IMG/VR virus record: IMGVR_UViG_3300009788_000018
Coordinates: 1-56,833 of that record
DNA: 56,833 nt
Reading direction: 5' to 3' (one strand)
From: a virus
Lineage: Duplodnaviria > Caudoviricetes
Shown piece by piece: positions 46,275-53,863 of the stretch; position 1 is the stretch's first letter, and each line of letters starts with the position of its first letter. A program made the translations under genes and the position numbers. Below the pieces are notes generated by a model. That model saw only the letters and a program-made list of their open reading frames with translations, was not told the DNA's origin and did not search any database.

Positions 46275-48256
46275 AAGGTAACGTAGTTGCAATTGATACC
46301 GAGACTACGGGTTTAAATCCGTATGACAATGGTGTTCACGACAAGTTCGGGAATGCTTCAGGAGCTCGTATCTTTTGCTGGAGTTACAAAACTAGCAAGG
46401 GTGAGTGGGGCTTCATGCTAAAGAATCCTCGGAACATTCGTTGGCTAAAGCGATTGATGAATGACCCTACTAAGCATATAGTATTTCAAAATGCTAAGTT
46501 CGATTTAAAGATGCTTTCCTTCGAAGGTCTCGATGTCCTTAGTCTTAAGGCAGACATCCATTGCACGATGATCCTATCCAAGGTACTGGACTCAGTAGAG
46601 AAGCGTCACAATCTGAGGTTCTTGGCCAGGAAGCATCTTGGCTGGACCACCGAAGATAAAGACGAGATTGAGTACTGGTTGAAAACTAATAAGCGGAGCT
46701 TTACCAAAGAGCATGGACGATCTCCAAACTTTAGAGATGCCCCTCTTAGTCTAGTCAAGGACAGAGTTAGGTGGGACACTGAAGCTACATTGGAAATCTT
46801 TGGAGTGCTTTATCCTCGAGCTCGCCGCATCTGTAACGAGCTTTACGAAACAGAACGGCATTTACTCTTTGTCTGTCTGGACATGGAAAGTACGGGAGTG
46901 TTGATTGATATAACCCGAGCTAGAGAGTTAAAGGCCGAAGCCCAGATTACCTTGGATAGAATCAAAGCTGACTTGGATAAACTGATATGTCCTCTTACCT
47001 TCGAGAAGAAAAAGAAAGGTGAGATGATAAAAGTAACTGTAGATGAGTTTAATCCTGGTAGTAGTGCTTTGCAGTTACCGGCAGCTTTCGAGAAGCTAGG
47101 AATTCCATTAAAGTATAAGACCAAACCAAAGAAGAACCACAAGACAGGTGGTAAGACAGGAGGAGGTAACTGGGCCTTCGATGAATACGCAATGATCCGC
47201 TATGTGTCTGAACCATTGGTGGATGTCATTCGAGATTCAGGAGAAGAGGGCTGGCCAGGAGATAAGTTTTACAGGGCTGTTAGGAAAACTGTACGGAAGC
47301 ATAAACTAAATAAGCGAGAGTTGCTACCACCGCTGATTTTAAAATATAGGCAGCTCTCGAAGATGATCTCTACTTATTATGATCATTTCATCAACGACTG
47401 CTTGGACGTACATTTCACACCTGCTGGTATAGAAATAGGAACGATACACTGTAAGTTTAATCAGAGTACAGCTATGACCGGAAGGTTTAGTTCATCTGAG
47501 GTTAACCTACAAAATCAGCCTAGAAAACTTGGGCCTCGCGAATGCTTTATTACCAGGAACGGTCGGAACCATTATCACTTCGACTATGATCAGATAGAGA
47601 TGAAGATGTTTGTTCACTTTGCCGAAGATACCAAGATGGCTGAGGCAATCAAAGATGATATTCATGCACACGTAGCTGCAGAAGTATATAACATTCCTCT
47701 CGAGGAGGTAACCTCAGAAAGAAGGAAGCGAGCAAAGGGAGTTAACTTTGGAATTATATATGGCTCAGGTCCTGCCACTATGGCCGAGACTTTAACTAAG
47801 AAAGGCTTACCAACTACAGTAGCCCAATCAACTAGACTAGTTCTGGGTTACCATAAGAAGTTCCCATCTGTTCAACGAACTGTTCGTGAACTGAAGCAAG
47901 ATCTGAAACAGAAAGGCTATGTTACAAATCCATTCGGCCGTAGGTATCGGATCAAACTGAAGTTTGCATATAAAGCTTTGAACTATATGTGTCAAGGTAC
48001 TTCGGCAGACCAGATGAAAAAAGCTATGGTCGATATTTGGTATTGGTTGAGAGAGAATAATCTGAAGAGCAAGATGATCCTGACTGTACATGATGAAATA
48101 GTACTAGAGGTTCCACCAGTCGAAGAGAGACTTGTGCTGCCTAAGGTTAAAGCAATCATGGAAGACCTGGAAACTTACTTTGTTCCTATGACCGTATCAG
48201 TAGAGAAGGTCGCCATGAACTGGAGTAAAAAAGAAAAAATTAAACTTGCAGCCTGA
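46214..48256 (+). CDS. polA: DNA polymerase family A with 3'-5' exonuclease
   Basis: DTETTG, QNAKFD, TGRFSS...NLQN.P, DYDQIE, R..AK.VNFGIIYG, N...QGT.AD, TVHDE. Confidence 0.96.
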   Translation: MRNRRNKNKRSRLLPPLPCLEGNVVAIDTETTGLNPYDNGVHDKFGNASGARIFCWSYKTSKGEWGFMLKNPRNIRWLKRLMNDPTKHIVFQNAKFDLKMLSFEGLDVLSLKADIHCTMILSKVLDSVEKRHNLRFLARKHLGWTTEDKDEIEYWLKTNKRSFTKEHGRSPNFRDAPLSLVKDRVRWDTEATLEIFGVLYPRARRICNELYETERHLLFVCLDMESTGVLIDITRARELKAEAQITLDRIKADLDKLICPLTFEKKKKGEMIKVTVDEFNPGSSALQLPAAFEKLGIPLKYKTKPKKNHKTGGKTGGGNWAFDEYAMIRYVSEPLVDVIRDSGEEGWPGDKFYRAVRKTVRKHKLNKRELLPPLILKYRQLSKMISTYYDHFINDCLDVHFTPAGIEIGTIHCKFNQSTAMTGRFSSSEVNLQNQPRKLGPRECFITRNGRNHYHFDYDQIEMKMFVHFAEDTKMAEAIKDDIHAHVAAEVYNIPLEEVTSERRKRAKGVNFGIIYGSGPATMAETLTKKGLPTTVAQSTRLVLGYHKKFPSVQRTVRELKQDLKQKGYVTNPFGRRYRIKLKFAYKALNYMCQGTSADQMKKAMVDIWYWLRENNLKSKMILTVHDEIVLEVPPVEERLVLPKVKAIMEDLETYFVPMTVSVEKVAMNWSKKEKIKLAA

Positions 48257-48281
48257 CAAATAAAATAGCTTATGGTATATT
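48252..48281 (+). promoter_or_regulatory. Sigma70-like promoter for the candidate sRNA
   Basis: CTGACA-17nt-TATATT with extended TG; near twin of 26302-26331. Confidence 0.7.
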
Positions 48282-48286
48282 AATAT

Positions 48287-48417
48287 CTAAGCTGACTTAG
48301 GAAACAGTAGTTGTTAATCAAGGAGGTGATCATGAAATATCGGAAACAGTAGTCCAAGGATGGAAGAGGGACCCTGCCACTATGCAATTTGCCTTGCTCC
48401 GGTGGTGGGGTTTTTTT
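48287..48417 (+). ncRNA. Candidate small regulatory RNA (anti-RBS loop, GGA repeats, 6-codon ORF)
   Basis: Bounded by a promoter and an intrinsic terminator; loop ATTTGCCTTGCTCC is complementary to the repeated gene leaders. Confidence 0.7.
48371..48417 (+). terminator. Intrinsic terminator with 19-nt loop
   Basis: ACCCTGCCACT/GGTGGTGGGGT 11-bp stem (three G-U pairs) followed by a T run. Confidence 0.8.
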
Positions 48418-48493
48418 ATGTCCTCATCGGAACCGCACGCAGCAGGCATACCCATGATAGGCCGGATTAAGTTATTTTTGAACTATTTTTCTG

Positions 48494-48522
48494 TGTAAGT
48501 CTTTTATTTACAATGACTTAAC
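48494..48522. promoter_or_regulatory. Palindromic GTAAGT-N15-ACTTA site
   Basis: Same arms and spacing as the 52541 and 52613 repeats. Confidence 0.5.
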
Positions 48523-48636
48523 ATAAATTTTGGTCCAAAAATGGTATTTTTATGGCTATAGGAGCCCTTATCCTATATAATTTACATGTACCTAATAGGG
48601 GCCGACGATATAAACCTTATTTAAAGGAGCAAGGCA

Positions 48637-49041
48637 ATGAATCAGGTAACAAACTTATTACAGAAGTTGGCAAAGGCTAAGACCGCAACTGAGAAGAGGA
48701 GCATCAGGATTCGTCTTCGAAAGCTTGGCCACATCGGAGGGACTCGAGGTAAGGTCGTCGAGCCTAAACCTAAAAAGGAATTAACCAAAAAACAAAAGGA
48801 AAGTATCGGTAAACACAATGACGAAGTAACTCGTCGAATTAAATCCGGAGAGTATCGGGTTGACTTTTCAAATACAGGAGGGAGCAATAAAAAAACTTGT
48901 TGGAACTGTCAGAAATACAAATCTTGCCGTAGGAGTTTAAAAAAGAATAATATCAATCCAAAAGATCCTAGCAATGAAGCTATTAAGTTATGTTCAGTTT
49001 GGCGCCTGAACAAAGAAAGGAGCAAGGCAAATGGTAAGTAA
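48637..49041 (+). CDS. Probable early protein: N-terminal LRKLGHxGG module plus Cys cluster
   Basis: TATEKRSIRIRLRKLGHIGGTR; CWNC....C...C; conserved leader. Confidence 0.7.
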   Translation: MNQVTNLLQKLAKAKTATEKRSIRIRLRKLGHIGGTRGKVVEPKPKKELTKKQKESIGKHNDEVTRRIKSGEYRVDFSNTGGSNKKTCWNCQKYKSCRRSLKKNNINPKDPSNEAIKLCSVWRLNKERSKANGK

Positions 49042-50305
49042 AAATAAAAAGGTCAGTAAGAAGAAGCCGTCCCCAAAACCAACACTTCTTACTCACACTG
49101 AGGACAACGTCCTATTCATCGACGAGATCAAGGTTCCTGACAAGTGGAGTCCTGCTACCGATACCTTAGACAAGCTACTCAATCAGGCTGAGGTACTTGC
49201 TAAAACTGAGGGGGCCTTGTCGATCAAGATCAATGTCAAAGGTAAACTGAGCAAGTCCATAGCTGAGAGGCATAAGTTTAAGGAGATAGGAAAGCTCCCT
49301 ACCAAGCCTGTCACTTACATCATGAAGCGGAACCTTAACTTCGAGGCCAGGGCAGAGAAACCTATCAACCCTAAGTACAGAACACCGACTCAGCTTATCG
49401 AAGCTATCACCAAGGACCTACAACAGTTAATGAACCGGTCAGAGGATATTACTGATATAGGTCACGAGGTAGTAGCAGCTGAGAAGACTTCCAAGATACT
49501 GTCTCGCCGGTCAGCCAACGGGAAGTACTCGCTTAATCCTCACAGGTTCCACCGACTGATACTCGACGAGATATCAGGCTCTGGCCTTGGCCGCTTAGTT
49601 AAAGAGGCCCTGAAGGATAGGCCTGACCTTAAGGTTTTAAAAACAGACGAGGAAGATATTAAGGAAGGTAAGAGAAGACGCAAGAGTATCCTGGCCGGCA
49701 ACATGGCCAAGGAGCTTAAGGTACAAGCCAAGGTAATACTGAAGCAGATGGACGCCGACGTCAACGGCTTAGTATCTGATAGACAACTGATGATGAGTTG
49801 TAAGGCTGAGGTGGCCAGGACGGCTAAACTAGTAGTTAACAATTTAAAGGAAATGGAAACAAGTTTAGATAACTTAGAAAAATGGAAAGGGGTAATTCAA
49901 AACAGGTCAAGGGTATTACGTCTTCATAGACGAAAAGAGATAGCACTAAGCGAGAAGATCTTCGGTGATAGCCCTGCCGAACTAACTTCTAAAAAATCCA
50001 CAAGGGCTGACAAAGGAGATTCAGAAATGGCAAAGAAAAAAGTAAAGAAAGCAAAGAAGGCTGCACCAAAAGGGAACATCAAGGAATTGATCGCCAAGCT
50101 TGGCAAGACAAAGGACCCAACCGAAAAACGTAAGATCCGTCAGCAGCTGAGGAAGCTCGGTCACACCGGTGGACTCGGTCAGGGAGCCGGTCGTCCTAAG
50201 AAGAGCAAGAAGAAAACTTCCAAGAAGAAAACCAGCAAGAAGGTTAGCAAGAAAGCCAAGAAGGCTAAAGGCAAGAAGAAGTATTCCAAGAAGGCTAAGA
50301 AGTAA
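49031..50305 (+). CDS. Probable early basic protein with C-terminal LRKLGHxGG module and H1-like tail
   Basis: 424-aa ORF; conserved leader. Confidence 0.75.
   Translation: MVSKNKKVSKKKPSPKPTLLTHTEDNVLFIDEIKVPDKWSPATDTLDKLLNQAEVLAKTEGALSIKINVKGKLSKSIAERHKFKEIGKLPTKPVTYIMKRNLNFEARAEKPINPKYRTPTQLIEAITKDLQQLMNRSEDITDIGHEVVAAEKTSKILSRRSANGKYSLNPHRFHRLILDEISGSGLGRLVKEALKDRPDLKVLKTDEEDIKEGKRRRKSILAGNMAKELKVQAKVILKQMDADVNGLVSDRQLMMSCKAEVARTAKLVVNNLKEMETSLDNLEKWKGVIQNRSRVLRLHRRKEIALSEKIFGDSPAELTSKKSTRADKGDSEMAKKKVKKAKKAAPKGNIKELIAKLGKTKDPTEKRKIRQQLRKLGHTGGLGQGAGRPKKSKKKTSKKKTSKKVSKKAKKAKGKKKYSKKAKK
50027..50305 (+). CDS. Nested in-frame 92-aa histone-H1-like protein
   Basis: AAAGGAGATTCAGAA-ATG; composition changes abruptly at MAKKKVKK. 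Confidence 0.6.
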   Translation: MAKKKVKKAKKAAPKGNIKELIAKLGKTKDPTEKRKIRQQLRKLGHTGGLGQGAGRPKKSKKKTSKKKTSKKVSKKAKKAKGKKKYSKKAKK

Positions 50306-50313
50306 GAGCCGAA

Positions 50314-50339
50314 ACCTGTCCTTACTTAAAAGGGCAGGT
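50314..50339 (+). terminator. Stem-loop after the Lys-rich gene (no U tract)
   Basis: ACCTGTCCTT/AAGGGCAGGT. Confidence 0.45.
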
Positions 50340-50412
50340 CTGTCAGGTTGGTAACTGGCATTGATAAGGTAGCCAAAGAAATAACTATAACTTTTAGTTA
50401 AGGAGTAAGGCA

Positions 50413-50568
50413 ATGACAATTCTAACTGAGGCCGATACAGATCTGCATGAAGAAATTCTTGATCGGGTAGAGAAAGAAAGTTTTAGGGATTTTAATTTTA
50501 TTGATGAAGAAACTAAAGCTATGATCCATGAAGAAGAAATGTTCAGATGGATTCATACATTTTGTTAA
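50413..50568 (+). CDS. Small acidic protein (51 aa, not in ORF track)
   Basis: GGAGTAAGGCA-ATG; MTILTEADTDLHEEILDRVEKE... Confidence 0.65.
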   Translation: MTILTEADTDLHEEILDRVEKESFRDFNFIDEETKAMIHEEEMFRWIHTFC

Positions 50569-50586
50569 GAAAGGAGCAAGGCAAAA

Positions 50587-51558
50587 ATGGCAAAGAGTAT
50601 ACAATGGAAAAAAGATGACCGTGTAATGGTAGACTTTGGAGAGGAGTTCTTCAAAGGAACCATTACTAAACTAGTAAGGCAGGGAGCTAAAGTACACTTC
50701 GATGATGGTGAGACCCACGATATAAAATGTTCCAAGCTAGTAAGGCTTAGAGCTAAGAAGCAGAACCTTGGTTCTAAAGCAAAGGCCAGAACCAAAGAAG
50801 AAGCAGGAGGACAAGGTTTTACTCAGTACGTGGTAAAGTGGGATGGTGTTAACTTTAAAGTTAAGGCTGATGAGGGCGAGTTTTATGGATGGTGGAGAAA
50901 GATCCGGGTAAAGGACAGTGACGAGTCAGGTTACGGTGTTGATATCATGGTACGGTATGAAAATCACATATATAATGTAGAGTCCATCCGATATCTTATA
51001 GAAGATCCAAGGGATGATCTGGAATCTCTAAACGCTGATATCTGTGCTGCCATCAATAAGTGGTTCCACTACAAATGTAAAGGTACTTTCGACACTATCA
51101 AAGATCTTCAGCAACGAGCGGAGAAGCCTATGATCAGGGTCTCCCAACTATCAACGATCGACCAGATGATCATTGACCTGAAGGCCTACCGAGATACTGC
51201 CCTGCGGTGTGGTGGTCGTAGGACCATGGCCCTTGAGGGGGATAATCCTGACACCGAACCTAGCATGAGAATTGAGATAGACCTATCTGCTCAAGCTGCG
51301 ACCATGAAGGGCAGTAGAGTTCCACCCGTAGGTGAAGGACTGCTATTCGACAACGTAGCTAAGGACATATCCAAAGGAGGCAAGAACCGAAAGGCTATGT
51401 CAACTAAGGTGGAAGGTAACTCGGATAACATCAAGGGTATTCTTAAACGGCTAGAGAAAACTACTGATAAGGCAGAGCGACGTAAGCTCCGAGGCATTCT
51501 GAGAAAGATGGGCCACACCGGTGGAACAAGAAAGAAAACTAAGAAGGGCAAGAAGTAA
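50587..51558 (+). CDS. Probable early protein: N-terminal Tudor-like domain, C-terminal LRKMGHTGG module
   Basis: WKKDDRV.VD...KG.ITK...AKVHFDDGE; conserved leader. Confidence 0.7.
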   Translation: MAKSIQWKKDDRVMVDFGEEFFKGTITKLVRQGAKVHFDDGETHDIKCSKLVRLRAKKQNLGSKAKARTKEEAGGQGFTQYVVKWDGVNFKVKADEGEFYGWWRKIRVKDSDESGYGVDIMVRYENHIYNVESIRYLIEDPRDDLESLNADICAAINKWFHYKCKGTFDTIKDLQQRAEKPMIRVSQLSTIDQMIIDLKAYRDTALRCGGRRTMALEGDNPDTEPSMRIEIDLSAQAATMKGSRVPPVGEGLLFDNVAKDISKGGKNRKAMSTKVEGNSDNIKGILKRLEKTTDKAERRKLRGILRKMGHTGGTRKKTKKGKK

Positions 51559-51598
51559 ATAACTGGATAGTACCAACCTTATTACTAGGAGCAAGATA

Positions 51599-51715
51599 AT
51601 GAAAGAAAAGAAACGAACTAAAGGTATGGGCAAAGCAAGAAGACTTAGAAGTTTGTTTGGTAAGAACTTCCGTCGAGCACTGAAGTCAATGAAGTTTGAA
51701 AGATTAGTTGGTTAA
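51599..51715 (+). CDS. Small basic protein (38 aa, not in ORF track)
   Basis: GGAGCAAGATA-ATG; MKEKKRTKGMGKARRLRSLFGK... Confidence 0.5.
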   Translation: MKEKKRTKGMGKARRLRSLFGKNFRRALKSMKFERLVG

Positions 51716-51752
51716 ATCAGAAACTAAAATTTTATGTTAAAGGAGCAAGACA

Positions 51753-51986
51753 ATGGCAAAGACAAGTAAAAAGAAAACATCAAAGAAGGACAGAGCACTG
51801 AGTATAACTACCGATGATGGTTACCTTGTAGTTAAGATCCCGTTGAACGACGAGCCGTTCCCTCTTTCCAAATCGGAGAAGAGTCAGGTGATCGCCACTA
51901 CCCATGGTAACGCTACTACGGATCTGAGTCTCAACGGCACACCTGTAATCTTGGGCCTCAATGCTTATATTAAGAATAATAAGTAG
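51753..51986 (+). CDS. Small protein with SKS.KS..IATT.GN...GLNAY motif
   Basis: Leader variant; terminator follows. Confidence 0.65.
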   Translation: MAKTSKKKTSKKDRALSITTDDGYLVVKIPLNDEPFPLSKSEKSQVIATTHGNATTDLSLNGTPVILGLNAYIKNNK

Positions 51987-52037
51987 AGGTGTCTTAGAGA
52001 AAAGGGATAACCTTCTGCTTTTCATCACCCTCCTCCG

Positions 52038-52073
52038 AAGGGTCGGGCTTTACAATAGCTCGGCCCTTTTATT
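52038..52073 (+). terminator. Intrinsic terminator
   Basis: AAGGGTCGGGCT/AGCTCGGCCCTT followed by TTATTT. Confidence 0.75.
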
Positions 52074-52111
52074 TACATCGAATTTACTAACTTCTTTTTA
52101 AGGAGATTTTT

Positions 52112-52483
52112 ATGAAGTACGTATTACTAATTGTAATTGCATTGGTTGCTTTGTTTGCGACCTTTACAATTACTGACCAAGCTCAGCCCGTAGAGGTTAG
52201 TGAGCTTGCGATGGACTTGTCGCCCCCGATGAGTGCTATCGAAATTGATTGCCTTGAATTAACATTCGAGCAGTTAATACATATTGGAAAGCTATTGATT
52301 GTTACAAACATGCTTTCGGATATGACATTGCAAAATGCAAATAGACTATATCGAATCGAAACTATGGTAGGAACAGCGAACACCATCGCGAGCATCTTTG
52401 CGGTGAACATTGGTTTTGATCACAGCAACCAAATTACTATGGAAAATATATTACGCATATCGGCGCCGATCAGGTTATTGTAG
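52112..52483 (+). CDS. Secreted or membrane hypothetical protein
   Basis: Signal-peptide-like N-terminus; SD AAGGAG. Confidence 0.55.
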   Translation: MKYVLLIVIALVALFATFTITDQAQPVEVSELAMDLSPPMSAIEIDCLELTFEQLIHIGKLLIVTNMLSDMTLQNANRLYRIETMVGTANTIASIFAVNIGFDHSNQITMENILRISAPIRLL

Positions 52484-52505
52484 CAGGACCTAACAGATCA
52501 GCAAT

Positions 52506-52537
52506 AAAGCCCGATCATTAACTTGGTCGGGCTTTTT
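52506..52537. terminator. Probable bidirectional terminator at the strand convergence
   Basis: AAAGCCCGATCA/TGGTCGGGCTTT with A and T flanks. Confidence 0.75.
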
Positions 52538-52540
52538 ATG

Positions 52541-52641
52541 TGTAAGTGCTTGTAAACAAAGGACTTACGAAGATATATCGGATATGGCCCTGAGAAAAAT
52601 CAGTTAAATCGATGTAAGTGCTTGTAAACAAAGGACTTACG
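52541..52641. repeat. Two identical 29-bp palindromic repeats (52541-52569, 52613-52641)
   Basis: TGTAAGTGCTTGTAAACAAAGGACTTACG twice, 72-bp period. Confidence 0.9.
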
Positions 52642-52786
52642 TTACCAGGTAAAAACACCCCCTTGTGTTACCTCCCCCGAGCGGTTAAATCCTCTCAGCT
52701 AGGAGCTCAGGAGCCCAGAAATTACATTAAAACAGGCCCTGAATACGTTATGTCCAGGACCCATTATACATGTACCAAATATCAGA

Positions 52787-53194
52787 CTATGCGTCGTATT
52801 CGTAACCAAAGACGTCCACCACGCAGGTGGCTGCTCCTGTGGTCTCAGCAGTAGTAATCTCTACACCAAAGGACTCAGCCGCATCCAGGACTAACGAAGC
52901 TATTGGAGTTGCGTTTGGTATAGGCTGCATGATCAGGGCCTCGTCAGCAAAGCCTGCTCCAATGTTTGTAAAGGTTTGATCACCAAGGAATTCATTACAG
53001 TCCCCACCTGTCCTACCCAGAGTAATTACCGCTTCATCTACGGCTTCATCAAAGTCTCGAGCCACGACCATGACAGGTACTGCTTGTTTTCCAGCGGGAA
53101 CAGTAAAGACGGAAGTTTCTGTGTCCGCTGCCTGGGTCAAGTCTACGGTAACACTACCGAGTAAAGCTAATGTTTTTTCTTTTCCTCTTGCCAT
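52787..53194 (-). CDS. Putative structural protein, last late gene
   Basis: Strong SD; FTVPAGK and V.VFGY beta-sandwich-like pattern. Confidence 0.6.
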   Translation of the reverse strand: MARGKEKTLALLGSVTVDLTQAADTETSVFTVPAGKQAVPVMVVARDFDEAVDEAVITLGRTGGDCNEFLGDQTFTNIGAGFADEALIMQPIPNATPIASLVLDAAESFGVEITTAETTGAATCVVDVFGYEYDA

Positions 53195-53233
53195 TTGTGT
53201 ATCTCCTTTTAATTTACAAGTTTAGGTTTAGAT

Positions 53234-53419
53234 TTAAGCCCAGCCTAAGACCTCTCCATCATAGATGAGCAGTTCGGTGTCGTCCCAAGTTAAAGGATTT
53301 GAAGCTTCAGCTATCACTCGATCAACTGTCTCCAACATTCCATTGACGCCAGCTCCCCAGTTACCAGATCCTGTATCGAGCAGGGGGAACAAATAGTTTT
53401 CGGTATACGCTATTGTCAT
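53234..53419 (-). CDS. Small tail-fibre N-terminus-like protein
   Basis: YT.NY..P....GS.NWG...NG.L..VD. Confidence 0.55.
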   Translation of the reverse strand: MTIAYTENYLFPLLDTGSGNWGAGVNGMLETVDRVIAEASNPLTWDDTELLIYDGEVLGWA

Positions 53420-53428
53420 TTTATTCTC

Positions 53429-53863
53429 CTATCTTATAAGTGCTACATATTCAATAAAACTATCGTCTGCTGGATTCCCAGCCGATGGATGATAGTGTCT
53501 TGCAGTCACCCCACCAATATTTGATATATAATTTGGGGAATTTGGAACGTCTATCAAACGATAATCCATTCCATTACTCGATTCAATTGTAATCTGAGTG
53601 TCCCAGCTACCTGTAACACAATTATACAATTGAAATTCGATATAGTGATTCCCATCATAGTAAGCTTTAAAGGCTAGTCCGGAAAATCTAATTATATTTA
53701 CAAAGAAAATCTTGAACCTTTGCCCCGGAGTACCGGCCGCTTCGGTTATATCAAATGAATTTCCATCGTTAAGTACTTGAAGGTCAGTAACTGTACTTGA
53801 TGAAGTGCCTTCAAGCAGCTCAACAGAACTGGCGACCGTGTGATTTTCTGGTATTAGTTTCAT
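53429..53863 (-). CDS. Tail-associated hypothetical protein
   Basis: ATGA overlap with the tail-tip gene. Confidence 0.55.
   Translation of the reverse strand: MKLIPENHTVASSVELLEGTSSSTVTDLQVLNDGNSFDITEAAGTPGQRFKIFFVNIIRFSGLAFKAYYDGNHYIEFQLYNCVTGSWDTQITIESSNGMDYRLIDVPNSPNYISNIGGVTARHYHPSAGNPADDSFIEYVALIR

Noticed and set aside
48280-48387. Minus-strand 35-codon TTG ORF using GGAGCAAGGCAAA as its RBS
   Set aside because: Weak start, opposite to the local strand, and the G-U pairs and U tract work only on the plus strand. Not fully excluded.
52541-52641. Mini CRISPR array
   Set aside because: Only two repeats and no cas operon; the Cas4-like nuclease belongs to the recombination trio.
52618-52854. 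78-aa plus-strand ORF
   Set aside because: Starts inside the palindromic repeat after the terminator, has no SD and overlaps a convergent gene.
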